Of a stretch of DNA of 64,000 nt, positions 25,472 to 41,637 are shown in pieces. Source of the DNA: Octopus sinensis (Eukaryota); the NCBI RefSeq assembly GCF_006345805.1, contig NC_043001.1, positions 36,766,001-36,830,000 of the forward strand. The letters run 5' to 3'. Positions within the stretch are counted from its first letter, which is position 1; each line of letters opens with the position of its first letter. The notes under the pieces are model-generated. The model had not been told where the DNA came from. It ran no database searches and was given only the letters and a program-made list of their open reading frames with translations. A program made the translations under genes and the position numbers.

Positions 25472-26024
25472 TAAGGCCGGGCGAAATGCTTAGCGGTATT
25501 TCGTCTGCCGCTACGTTCTGAGTTCAAATTCCGCCGAGGTCGACTTTGCCTTTCATCCTTTCAGGGTCGATGAAATAAGTACCAGTAACGCACTGGGGTC
25601 GATTTAATCGACTTAATCCATTTGTCTGTCCTTGTTTGTCCCCTCTGTTTTTCCCCTTGTGGGTAGTAAAGAAATAGGTATTTCGTCTGTCGTTACGTTG
25701 TGAGTTCAAATTCCGCCGAGGTCGACTTTGCCTTTCATCCTTTCGGGGTCGATAAATTAAGTACCAGTTACGCACTGGGGTCGATGTAATCGACTTAATA
25801 CCTATGTCTGTCCTTGTTTGTCCCCTCTACGTTTAGCCCCTTGTGGGTAATAAAGAAACAGGTATTTCATGTCTTTACGTTCTGAGTTCAAATTCTACCG
25901 AGGTCGATTTGCCTTTCTTCCTTCGGGGTCGATAAATTAAGTACCAGTAACGTACTGGGGTCGATCTAATCGACTGGCTACCCCCTCGAAAATTTTGGGC
26001 CTTGTGCCTAGAGTAGAAAAGAAT
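25472..26024 (+). mobile_element. SINE-A head-to-tail trimer
   Basis: Three about 180-bp core+tail units joined at gaaata|ggtatttc (25676/77) and gaaaca|ggtatttc (25860/61); last unit ends in the alternative tail gggccttgtgcctagagtagaaaagaat. Confidence 0.9.
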
Positions 26025-26090
26025 ATTTATTACGTGATTAAAATTTTAGCACAGGTGAGATGTTCTGATGGTGAGATTAAAGAAAGGCAC

Positions 26091-26130
<40 letters not shown>

Positions 26131-26647
26131 CGATGGAGAGAGGAGGGAAAAGAGAGAGAGAGAGAAAGGAGGGAGAGAGAGGTGAGGATGATGATGGTGG
26201 TGGTGGTATTGGTGGTGCAGGTAGTGGTGGCTTTAATTGGATAGTGAAAACTATTTTTTTTTAATTAAACTTTTTGTATTAATAATCACTTATTACTTAA
26301 CGCATGCACATAAGTGCAATTCCATGAAACATTCACGCTTATTTACGTGTCAGACATATGCAATTTAACTAAAGACTGTACCATAGGTACAAGATATTTT
26401 TCTTGTTTGTTTATAGTAAAAATGGAAAAATAAGAGTGAATGTTTATTTTATGAGTGCTGTGTATTAAGTCTATAAAACTGTGCATAAAGTATATAAAGT
26501 GTATATATAAAGTGCATTAAGTAATCGTCGTATTCCAATTTCTTTCATTTTTCAATGAATAGTAGGATGTGTGACTATCTTTCCATACAGGCTATGCCTT
26601 TGGTTTTTTTTGGATAAAGTTTTCAGAAATAGATTTACCATTAAATT

Positions 26648-26675
26648 CCGTGAAATATTCACGGGTCCCGCTAGT
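26648..26675 (+). mobile_element. Possible Helitron 3' terminus
   Basis: Hairpin CCGTGAA-ATA-TTCACGG, 6 nt, then CTAG followed by T; 5' end not identified. Confidence 0.35.
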
Positions 26676-27514
26676 TTGAAATAATTCTTTTTAGTAACGT
26701 TGAAGTAGACAACCTATATAAGTTATATTTCGGAAACTTAAAATATCAAGTACGTGGATAACACACATGAACTTTAGAGACAAAGATGGCTCTCACTAGT
26801 TTTGCTTCTAATTAAAGAATCTTACTTCACACACACACACACTAGCTTCCGGGATTTAGAATCACACAGCTTCTTACAAATATATAAACAAAATTATTTC
26901 AAGTATAACGAAAGCGACATACTGGTAGAAGACTAAAGACCGAAAAATTTACGGTGACACTACTAACACAGAAGGATTAAATGTATGTCTGTATTAGAGA
27001 CACACGCATGCACACATATACACGTGAACACCCATACGCGCACACATACACACACATATACATGCTCATAATTCATATGTACATATACTCTCTCTCTCTC
27101 TCTCTCACACATACACACACACACACATATATATATATACATATATATATATATATTATTTTACAGTCGCTAACGGTTGCTGTTAGTGCTTTGTTTTCTT
27201 TCTCCATCTGAAAGGAAATTTTCAATTAATTAGGAGTAACTGGTGTAGGGCATTTAATTTAATTATGCAAATTCGTGCCATTGGCCCATTTGTGTTATTT
27301 CCTTTCGCTCATTATATTTTAAACATCGTGTGTGCACGTACACGCATACACACATATATACGCACATATATCCACATATGTATATACGTATGCGCTTGCA
27401 TATTAGTACGCATGCATGTATGAATGCTGTTGCTAAAGAATGATCCGGCTGAAAAATACTCAAAACCAGCAGAGAATAGAAGTAGTTTATAGAAAGTTAT
27501 TGCCACTCTATAGA

Positions 27515-27602
<88 letters not shown>

Positions 27603-27626
27603 GTATATACTCCTGGTTACCTCCAG

Positions 27627-27681
27627 TCTAGAAATGGAAACTAGCAGAAAAATCGAAAGACCATCTGTACAGAAATTTCAG
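27627..27681 (+). CDS. Candidate micro-exon (unverified); ATG at 27634 gives METSRKIERPSVQKFQ
   Basis: Upstream acctccag acceptor-like site and a consensus donor CAG|GTAAGT at 27681/27682; no homology recognised. Confidence 0.2.
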
Positions 27682-27759
27682 GTAAGTCACTGATAAATGC
27701 AATGTGTGAGTGAAACAACGAGTAAAATATAATTCAATTAAGAAGCCGAAGATTGAGGT

Positions 27760-28065
27760 TGATGTTTGTTCCTTCTCGAGTTACGCCTGGCTCATGAGGG
27801 CCGGTTTCCCGGTTTCCTTGGCGTAAAGGTTCCCCACCTGGACGGGACGCCGGTCCGTCGCAGGTGAGCTGCAAAATGCAGAAGGAAAGAGTGAGAGAAA
27901 GTTGTGGCGAAAGAGTCAGCAGAAGTTTGCCATTAACTTCTGCCGGAGCCGCGTGGAGCTTAGGTGTTTCGCTCATAAACACACACATCGCCCGGTCTGA
28001 GATTCGAACCCACGATCTCTCGACCGCGAGTCCGCTTCTCTAAACACTAGGCCATGTGCCTCCAC
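27760..28065 (-). mobile_element. SINE-C with tail type 1
   Basis: C head, tail cctgcgacggaccggcgtcccgtccaggtgggg...gaaaccggccc; 11-bp TSD aagattgaggt at 27749-27759 and 28066-28076. Confidence 0.92.
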
Positions 28066-28819
28066 AAGATTGAGGTCAGGACATCTTTATTATTAGTTAC
28101 AAATGTTTCGGTACCGCTCGATTTTGTTGTATAGAAATGATTTCATGTGAAAAGTTACGCAGTTTTTGAGCTGCACTTCATCAGACTACCATCAATAAGT
28201 GCATCCTTGCATTATACATATGTGTATGTGTATGTATGTATGTATGTATATACATGTGTGTGTTTGTGAGCATCGGTAAGAAATAGTGAAATTTGATAAG
28301 GACTCGTTCACGTCTCTCTGCTCTAAGGTTGCCTTAGCTGTTGTACGATAAATCATGTACCAGAAGAAAGTATTAGCGGGCGGCTATACTCTAGAGGGAA
28401 ACAGATGAAAGAGCCGCGCACGTTGTTATGGATCATTGACAGAAACCAGATCAAATATAAAAAGTATAAAAGAAAGACAAAGTCTTGTTTTTGAGGAATG
28501 TTTACGTCCGAAACAATAGATCATATCAGAAGATTCATAACGAACACAAATACAAATAAAAAATTAAAATAATTTGACCCAGCAGGGGCACCTCAAGGCA
28601 GTTGATTTTCTTGCTAGAAATAACAGCCAATTCGCCATTAAACTACCAAATACCGCCTCAAAAACTCGAAAGACTGGTTAGATAAAGTAATCAGGAATAT
28701 AGTGTCTACATAAAGCAACGTGGGGCACCTTGGCCGGACGTTCGGTTCATCCCACATCATCATTTCTTTTTACTAAAAGTGGCCCACTTGGCACTGTACA
28801 TTCATCGCGTCGCAATAAG

Positions 28820-29038
28820 GAGACAAGCTGGTAGAATCGTTTGCACACCGGCTAAAATGTTCAGCAGCTTTTCGTTCGTCTTTACGTTCTGAGTTCAAAT
28901 TCCGCCAAAGTCGACTTTGCTTTTCCTCCTTTCGAAGTCGACAAAATAAGTACTTTAGTTGAGTTCTGGGTTCGATTTAATCGACTTACGCCCTCCCCTG
29001 AACTTGCTGGCCTTATACCAATATGGGAAACCAATATT
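28820..29038 (+). mobile_element. SINE-A, older subfamily with cccctgaacttgctggcctt tail
   Basis: Head, B box, core and alternative tail recognisable. Confidence 0.8.
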
Positions 29039-29321
29039 CCATCTGAACAAAAGACAAGTTGGTCAGAGCATGAACGTCTCTCGCTTGCTCATAGTCCCAA
29101 ACTAGAAGCTAAACCTTACGAAAAAGCAATGAAAATGTTTTTTAAGCTTAGTTTCTCCCTTTGCTTTCGTATAAAGTCCCTTTGTGTTTCACCCCTGGAT
29201 AACCTTGATTGTGCAAACTTTCTAACCGGCGCGTTATGCAAAATTTCATTCCTTGTTTTGGCTACTATTTCAAGCAAATCCAACGACCATAATGTTTTTT
29301 ACTATCATTTCTTTTGAGCAA

Positions 29322-29735
29322 AGCAGTGAACTGGCAGAATCGTTAGAACTACGAGCAAAATGCTTAGTGGTTTTTCATTCGCCTAAGGCGGCGAGCTGGC
29401 AGAAACGTTAGCACGCCGGGCGAAATGCGTAGCCGTATTTCGCCTACCGTTACGTTCTGAGTTCAAATTCCGCCGAGGTCGACTTTGCCTTTCATCCTTT
29501 CGGGGTCGATAAATTAAGTACCAGTTACGCACTGGGGTCCAGATTTTCGACTTAATCCGTTTGTCTGTCCTTGTTTGTCCTCTATGTGTTTAATCCCTTG
29601 TGGGTAGTAAAGAAATATATATTTCATTCGCCTTTCATCATTTCGAGATCGATAAAATAAGTACCAGTTAGTCACAAGGGTTGTTGCACTCGACTTACAT
29701 TTACTCCGAACTTGCCGGCCTTGCACCAAAATTAG
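29322..29735 (+). mobile_element. Young SINE-A (29385-29621) nested in an older SINE-A
   Basis: 12-bp TSD tttcattcgcct at 29373-29384 and 29622-29633; host head upstream, host core and tail downstream. Confidence 0.8.
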
Positions 29736-29943
29736 AAACTATTGTTTCTTTAGAATCTTCTGACTTATTTTTCTTTTTGTCTAATCTCCCTCATTTCTGC
29801 AATTCTCTACAAGTTGCCCTTATTTCTCTCTCCCCTTATTCTCACAACCCGTTTTATTTCTGTTTATACGTTTTACAAAATCTTCACTACGTAACGGTGT
29901 TTTCTTTTCTTCCATCTTTCTTTCTTTCTTTCCTTCCTTCTTC

Positions 29944-29978
<35 letters not shown>

Positions 29979-29991
29979 TCCTTCCTTCTTC

Positions 29992-30022
<31 letters not shown>

Positions 30023-30149
30023 TCCTTCCTTCTTTCTCTTTTTCTTCCTTGATTTCTACCTTTCTTTTTATATTCTATTTAATTCTTCTTCCCCCACACT
30101 AGACCGTCCAGTCTCTTTGCTCCACTGACATTTTGCTGCATTATTCTTA

Positions 30150-33490
<3,341 letters not shown>

Positions 33491-33536
33491 AAACAAAGTG
33501 AAGTTGTAAGGTACCGCACGAGTGTAAATATATATA

Positions 33537-33790
33537 AAAGAAGGTTTGAAAATGCAACATTAAAGATGCTTATTCACTTGACCGGTTTCACATTTTTTAG
33601 AAAAAGATCGTCAAAAGTAAAATGCAAAGCTTTGTATGAGCTTTGTTGTGTTAAGTACTGGTTGTCACAACCAGTACTTAGCACAACAAAGCTCATACAA
33701 AGCTTTGTTTTACTTTTGACGTTCTTTTTCTAAAAAGTGAAACCGTCAAGTGAATAAGCATCTTTAAAATTGCATTTTCAAACCTTCTTT
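33537..33790. repeat. 254-bp foldback inverted repeat with 1-nt centre
   Basis: Arms 33537-33665 and 33667-33790 are reverse complements with only a few mismatches and small indels; centre ggttgt-c-acaacc. Confidence 0.93.
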
Positions 33791-33899
33791 CATGTATATA
33801 ATATATATATATATATATAATATATACTATATATATATAACAAACGTTCTATATTTACATACGCATGTAATATTGGAAGAAAATTGAAAACAAAAATCT

Positions 33900-34420
33900 C
33901 TCCTATCGAATTCACGGGTTCAACATAGAAAGACTATGTTACAAACCTTCCTCTTCGGGTTTAGAAAATACTGCGGTTGTCAAGTATTTCTTACGCTCTA
34001 CATAGAGCAACTAACACTATAATCAATGCTGTTGTAGTACTAGGCCGTGGTCTTACTTAAATAGAAACATCCTTAACCATGTTCAGTCACTGGGCTTATT
34101 GTGATGAAATCGTTCACAATTCCCCTCTGTCTGTTTTCTTACCTGCATTGTGTCAACTCTCTATGTGCCTTTTCTACCGCTACAACAATAGTCACTACCC
34201 TTCGGAGCTGGCTGGGCTCGTGCAAACTTCCTTCAGCATCCCTGACTAATTTCTCACTTCTAGTATTCTCCATATAATTTCTAACCGATAAATACCGCTC
34301 AAATTATCAAACCCAGTCCTTCCTCTTCTCCATGACACCTTCAGAAATTCTTTCCCTGTTCATATTTCTCTTCCAGTTGTCGCCTAACCACTGTTCAAAA
34401 GTACCTCAAGTATACCGGTG
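33900..34420 (+). mobile_element. Decayed CR1-like LINE ORF2 C-terminus
   Basis: Plus frame FYRYNNSHYPSELAGLV resembles the CR1-group motif FYRYxxGxCSxELxxLV; many stops; boundaries approximate. Confidence 0.55.
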
Positions 34421-34518
34421 TCACTATTCTCAGAAGGACTCGAAAGGACATCAGTATAGCATCATCTTTCAGACAAGACAAATACAAAATATTTAATACA
34501 ATCATCCTACAACAGTAG

Positions 34519-34593
<75 letters not shown>

Positions 34594-34641
34594 TATACAT
34601 ATATATATACACATATACACACGCATTATATATATATATTA

Positions 34642-34961
34642 GTGGCACTCCGTCGGTTGCGACCACGAGGGTCCCAGTTGATCCGATCAACGGAACAGCC
34701 AGCTTGTGAAAGTAACGTGCAAGTGGCTGAGCACTCCACAGACACTCTTAACGTAGTTCTCGGGGAGATTCAGCGTGACGCAGAGTGACAGGGCTGAATC
34801 TTTGAAATACAGGTATAACAGAAATTGGAAGAAAGAGTGAGAGAAAGTTGTGGAGCCTTAGGTATTTTCACTCAATAAACACTTACACCGCCGTCTGGGT
34901 ATCGAAACCGCGATCCTACGATCGCGAATCCACTACCCTAACCACTTGGCCATTGCGCCTC

Positions 34962-34964
<3 letters not shown>
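34642..34964 (-). mobile_element. Chimeric SINE: C head and body joined to the D-type tail 4
   Basis: Minus strand C head to ctcactctttcttcc, then tacctgtatttcaaag...gaccctcgtggtcgcaaccgacggagtgc matching 10058-10237. Confidence 0.85.
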
Positions 34965-35027
<63 letters not shown>

Positions 35028-35041
35028 ATGTATGTGTGTGT

Positions 35042-35085
<44 letters not shown>

Positions 35086-35665
35086 TGTGTGTTACTGAGC
35101 TAGATATACACGGATTCAGAAACATGATATCGCGCTTACACTATTAAAATATAAAATTGCATGACTTAACTTAGACGATAACCGTGTGGTAATAAAAGCG
35201 TTAGAATTATTAGGGCGAATAACCTATCGAAACCTTTTGATAACTTTGAAATATTGCATTTTCTACTATATTCTTAAACAATATTCGACAAAGGATATCT
35301 GCCTCCTCAAGCATGATTATATTTTATTACATTACTGAGGTTGTCTATAAACGAAATCCTCCGAAGATCACATGCAAACTTTCATTTAGAATTATTTTAA
35401 AATGATAATTGCTTTATTTGTTGTATACTTGAATGGAAAGTTATAGTGGTTATTTTGTGTCATGAAAATTGCCTCCAAATTATATAATACTTAATATATA
35501 CAGACTATCTCTTGCGGACTAATTGAGTGAAACATAATTTTTACGAACTTTTTAACACAGCAAGTTAATAACAGGTGTTATTTCAGGACAAATACTGCAG
35601 TATCTACATTGACGACAATTTTAATTAAATATTACCTCAATGACGAACACTGGATTTTCAAACTA

Positions 35666-36231
35666 TTGGGTTGTCCGGAAAATTCGTGCCGATTTATAGT
35701 AGCTTACCTTTCGACTTATTTTAGAACATGTTTGAGTCCATAAAATAGGATTTGACTACACCTCCATTTAGAGCACAGTTTAAGCTATCTTTTCGTGGAA
35801 GAAGGTTTACGTTCCTAGAACCTGTGTTAATTCTGTAACCCTTTAAAATGGAAGATAAGAAAGTTCATTTTCGACACTTGATGCTTTGGGAACCAGACAA
35901 AAATTGCTGCAGCTCGGCTGGGATGTATTACCCCACCCTCAATATTCACCAGGTATTGCTCCTTCGGATTTTCACTTATTCAGGTCTCTGCAGAATAGTC
36001 TTAATGGTAAAAATTTTAATTCCTTGGATGACGTAAAAAGATACCTTGATGAATTCTTTGCCATGAAACCACCTCAATTCTGGGAAGAGGGTATTTTCAA
36101 GTTAAAGGAAAGATGGAGACGCATTGTGCACCAAAATGGTTCATATTTGGTTGATTAAAAATGTAATGACAAGTATTTATTGACCTTTTTCTTTCCTTTA
36201 AAAATTGACAAAAACTTTCCAGAAAACCCAA
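35666..36231 (+). mobile_element. Internally deleted mariner (Tc1/mariner DD34D-type) element
   Basis: Imperfect TIRs ttgggttgtccggaaa / tttccagaaaacccaa, TA flanks at 35664-65 and 36232-33; N-terminal MEDKKVHFRHLMLWE fused to C-terminal LGWDVLPHPQYSPGIAPSDFHLFRSLQNSL (YSPDLAP-type motif). Confidence 0.92.
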
Positions 36232-37196
36232 TATAATTCTATTTTCACTATTTTTTGACAAGGGCAGGAAAATTCTATTTCATTCTTTATTATTTAGAAA
36301 CAAAAACTAAACTAAAACTAAAAATGCCGTGCTATAATTTCCTTGAAGAAAATGTTGCGGCCGAATAAACTGCATCCAAATTTTCATGTTTTCTTGTCAT
36401 GAATATTTGTTATTCTGACTTCTACTGACTTGATATTACACTTCTGAAAATGTTTTTTCCCTGAAAGACATGTAATTCAACAGGATATTAAACACAAGTT
36501 CATCCCTGAAAATAACATGTAATATATCATAGTGGATGACTTTCCGGAAGGAAAATGTTGTTCGTCATCTTCACGCTCCAGTGATTGGTGCTGGATACTA
36601 TCCCTGATACTAACCCTGTGGGACACTAAAGATGCAAGTCTCACATCCTTTTGACGTGTCTCTAAATGATTCGGTAACGATATTTATTACGAGGCCTCAA
36701 GTGACGGCGAGAGAGGAGAAGGAAGATGAGAGAGCGATAGAGAAGTATGCGTGATCTCCAATTAAGCGAAAGATTCACGTTTCAAAAGACACGTCTAAAC
36801 TTTTTTTTTTCATTTATTCTTTTCTTTTTCTGTTTTCCTAACACCTAACAAAAGAAACTTTACGTTTGCTGTGAAAAGTTATATGCGATAGAATCAAACG
36901 CTTATCAGGTACACGCACAACAACTCAAATAAAATAAGAACTTAAGGACCAGCGATTCCTTTATCAGATTATCTGACAAATGAAATAGGGATACACTTGT
37001 GTGAGAGGATAACCCAATTAAAATCCAAATACGGTCACCATCCATCTTATCAAGATCATTTACTATATTTTTAGGCAATATCAGCCAATTATGAAGATCT
37101 TGAAACGAGATTACCCACAATTTAGGACATATTCTGCGTGTGTCTTAGACTATTCGAATATGTGCCGATAAGTATCTTATATATATATATATTATA

Positions 37197-37234
<38 letters not shown>

Positions 37235-37245
37235 TATATACATAC

Positions 37246-37336
<91 letters not shown>

Positions 37337-37470
37337 AGTATAGATATATATATACTCGGTGCGCATATGTGTGTGTGTGTGTGCAAGTCTAAGTGTAAAA
37401 TTCAGGTTTATTCAAGTGCAGACACACATATACACACGAAAGTCATACTCATACAAATACGCCCACGTAC

Positions 37471-37507
<37 letters not shown>

Positions 37508-39191
37508 GATACAAACATACAGTTATACACACACACAAGTGCGTTTATGTGCGAAGATGCGTGGCTTAGTCGTAAGGGCGTTAGGTTCACAATGCTAAGG
37601 TTGTGAGTTCAACTAGGCAGCACCTCGTATCCATGAGTAATGTACATCACGTTCCTTGTGAGCACAACCATTAACTAAAGATTCGACCCGGAGGGAAACC
37701 TTGTAATCTCAGTTGCTACAATACTTCGGATAACGAGATAAACTCCAGACAATATATATATGTGTGTTTGTGTCTGTATATACACATACCCATGCACACA
37801 CAAAAGCCCATCCAAATATATACACATATATTCTTTTACTTGTTTCAGTCATTTGACTGCGGGAACATGCTGGAGCACCACACATATATATACACACATG
37901 TGTGTGTATTTGAATGTTTTCAATATTAAACTAGTCGTTTTGCCGAGGTCGACCTAGCCTTTTATCCTTCGGGATCGATAAGATAAGTACCAGTTGAGCA
38001 CTGGGGCCGGGGACGGGTAATATAATCGACTTGCTATCTCCGCCACAATTGCGGGCCTTTTACCAAAATTTGAAACTAATATTAAACTGGTCGGTAAATT
38101 GAAAGTGATGGAATAAATAATTGGCTAAATTGAGTGCGTGGGTCAACAGGAACCACTAAATTCCTGCAGACGATGTCAAAGCATGATTGTAACCATGGTC
38201 GCATGTACATTCGCAGAAATGTTCCCTGGCTTTGGCGTTGTCTTTATCGTTAGATACCATAAATATTTTTATATACTGACTCATATCATAGACTGCGAAT
38301 TGTATCTCATGGATAGTCGATTCGTTAACATTTAACCAACTCGATTAGTTAAGTGGCTAAATGTTAATGAACTGACTGATAATAATTATAATAAAAAAAA
38401 TTGAATAGAGCCAGCTCGTGTGTTAATTATCGATATAATGACTCTCGTGATACAACAAAATATTTATCATTAATTTTAGAATATTTAATACCTGTATCTT
38501 ATAACTGGTCACACTGGTCAATATGGAATACGATATGTTTAATTTTGTTCGTTTTGCGAGATTTATGAAGATGCTTAGAGCCATATAAATTTATTTATTA
38601 ATTTATTTATTTTGGATTAGTGAATGTCTTATTGAAAGAAACTTGTATTATGCAATGACATAAGTTATATTTTATATTTATCATATTAGTGTTTTTCTTA
38701 TTTTTTTATTAAAAATATTTTATTGCTATAGAAGTTTGCTTTTCCCAGTAGCTGATCGCCTGTTAGTTGTTTTGATGTATGTCCATATGTCTCTGTTTAT
38801 GCCTAATCGTTATGTATATGTAAATGAACTTAGCTGAATACTTACCATAAACTGCTAAGCAAAATTCTAGAAATAGATTCGCACGTGCCAGAGCATATCT
38901 TTTGCTGTTGTGTGTCATTGTCTGTATAACAAATCTATTATCCATCATATCAGAAATTCTCGCAGACTTCTTATTTATAGTTAGATTGGTGTATGTTTAA
39001 TTAGTTTAAGATACTATTAAATGGCCATTTCTTCTCGGGCCTTCTTCTCTCGGTCGCTCTTGAATAGAACTATTTACTAAAATTAGCTTTGTTCGAAATC
39101 TAGCGATAAACAACGGACAATAGTGAGCTTTTATATATCATTTTCCACTGACTGACCTTCGGCTAAAGGATAATATGAAATTAAATCAATT

Positions 39192-39283
39192 TAAAATAAT
39201 GTATGATACCCGACTAGAAGTTTATCAGCGAGGTTCAACTATGGTCTGCAGCTGAAACAATTCTTCTTTTACAATTAACAGCA
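39192..39283 (+). repeat. Unclassified about 92-bp dispersed repeat, copy 1
   Basis: gtatgatacccgac..gaagtttatca.cg..gttcaactatg.tctgcagct..aacaa..ct..ttttacaattaac.gcaa also present at 47401-47492. Confidence 0.8.
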
Positions 39284-39791
39284 AAAATTTAAAGATTTTA
39301 ATTAAGATCCGTTTCCAGATGGGAAATATCTCCAATGTCTGCTATGAGCATTTAGACATCTTCTTCATGTCATGTACGCATTAAATGGTCTTGAACGAAA
39401 GTTTTATCTGAGCGCTGTTTGCTCTGTAACGTATACAGCGATGGTATCTACTAACATTGTTGGGTATATATGTATGATTACGTTTGGTGAGGGTGGTGCT
39501 TAAATGTATCTGTGTTTGGTGATGATGATGATGATGATAATGATGATGGGTAAACTAGATGATGGGTGTGTTTGCTTTTGGCTTGAATTACTGTATAATT
39601 GTATTATATGTATGTATTCAATCACTCGTGTGCGTGATACTATTTAATTGTGCTGTGTCGTTTTGGTGAACGGTGGGAGTGGTAGCCGTGGTAGGACAGA
39701 TACAAACGACGGCTTCTGGTAAAGCCAAATTTTTTTGGTAGTTCGTGATTTGAGAATTTTGGTGAATATCTGTATTTATTAGTATTATTAT

Positions 39792-39838
<47 letters not shown>

Positions 39839-39839
39839 A

Positions 39840-40046
39840 CTCTCTTTTACTTGTTTCAGTCATTTGACTGTGGCCATGCCGGAGCACCACCTTTAGTCGA
39901 CCCATACATATTCTTGTAAGCCTAGTACTTATTCTATCGATTTCTTTTGCCGAACCGCTAAGTTACGGGGACATAAACACACCGCCATCGGTTGTCAAGC
40001 GATGTTGGGGAGACAAACACAGACACATAAACACATACACACACAG

Positions 40047-40087
<41 letters not shown>

Positions 40088-40248
40088 GATAGATATATAT
40101 ATATATATATATAAATGTATACGACAGGCTTCTTTCAGTTTCCGTCTACTAAATCCACTCACAAGGCTTGGGTCGGCCCGAGGCTATAGTAGAAGACACT
40201 TGCCGAAGGTGCCATGCAGTGGGACTGAACCTGGAACTATGTGGTTCG
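39840..40248 (-). mobile_element. SINE-B
   Basis: Reverse complement of the B architecture with internal TA/TG run. Confidence 0.85.
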
Positions 40249-40900
40249 CCTATGTTAGCCACTCCTACGCCCATTACTATGTATGTTGGTTTATGTTTAT
40301 GTAGTAAAGTTTGGTAGCAGGTATGTCTATTATGTCGTTTGAAAGATGTGTTAAAGTCCGAAGCTATATCTCTGACGAACATCATACGACACATGTATTA
40401 TCAATTTCACAGCTTTTCGAACGAAGAAGAATATACGGGATCGTTAACAGCACCAAACAGATTCTATCTTGCGCGTATCGGTTATCAATCTGTTCAAATA
40501 ATATACTTTGTAAATTGTACGAAAGTATATTTCTCGTTATCAAAATTTATCTCTCACTGTGAGATACTATTATATATCTTGGTTTAATTTTTATCGAATC
40601 AAATAGTGGTAAAATGGGGAGAAACTTCTATAATTATTTTCAGACAGACACCAAAAAGGTCACCAGAAACTGAAAGGACCCTTTTAGTAGATTTGATGTG
40701 ATAATAAATTCAGCTTTAAGTATCTTTGTGCATCTAACGACATAATTGCGTATCAAAATTTCGGCGAAAATGGAAAAATCTAATAATTTTAAGTACCGGA
40801 TCACAAGAGCCTCTCACGGGCATATCGTGTTTATCACGCTCTGAATGAATACACAAATAAATGTTGTTTGATCCATACATAATATCATGATGATATTCAA

Positions 40901-41123
40901 AAGGCGGTGAGCTGGCAGAATCGTTAGCACACCAGGCGAAATGCGTAGCCGTATTTCTTCTGCCGTTACGTTCTGAGTTCGAATTCCGCCGAGGTCGACT
41001 TTGCCTTTCATTCTTTCGGGGTCGATAAATTAAGTACCAGTTACGCACTGGGGTCGATGTAATCGACTTAATCCCTTTGTCTGTCCCCTCTATGTTTAGC
41101 CCCTTGTGGGTAATAATGAAACA
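40901..41123 (+). mobile_element. SINE-A monomer
   Basis: Complete head, core and tail; 9-bp TSD gatattcaa at 40892-40900 and 41124-41132. Confidence 0.92.
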
Positions 41124-41637
41124 GATATTCAATGAATATGTAATGATCAGGATCATGTTGAACATAATATAATATTGGCTGTGTTAATATTAACAATAAC
41201 GTAGCGAGATTGATTCAGTCGCCGAAATGTTTTCACTCAGAGTTCCACCTTTCCTATTTTAGGATGTTAAAGACACACTGAAAAGGAAATCAGTTCATGT
41301 CGAATGAAAGAAGGGGTCTGTAAAAGATTATGCAACTTGCTAGAAATAGCAGTAAAATTCCCCTTAAACCACACCTTACCATACCTTAACTTACTGTATA
41401 AGAATGTATTGGTTTGTGTGGTCTACATTGAAGTATTTCTAAAAGTAACAGAAAAAGAAAAAGCAGGAAAAAAAACAGATGGTTATGGCCTGAACAACTT
41501 TGATGAGATGTTTACTCAATCAGGGCTGACTAGAAGCTACACGACGACATTAACAACAACAATAACTCATGCAAAGAACGAAACATTGTATTAACGATAG
41601 GTTTCTGATCATTACGCTTTAATTTTTATCGTCATCA

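Noticed and set aside
25472-26024. Regularly spaced repeats resembling a CRISPR array or satellite
   Set aside because: Units are about 180-bp SINE segments with no unique spacers, in a eukaryotic context
38838-38948. Minus-strand donor TG|GTAAGT ending MMDNRF...LAVY
   Set aside because: No acceptor tract and no homology; within chance expectation
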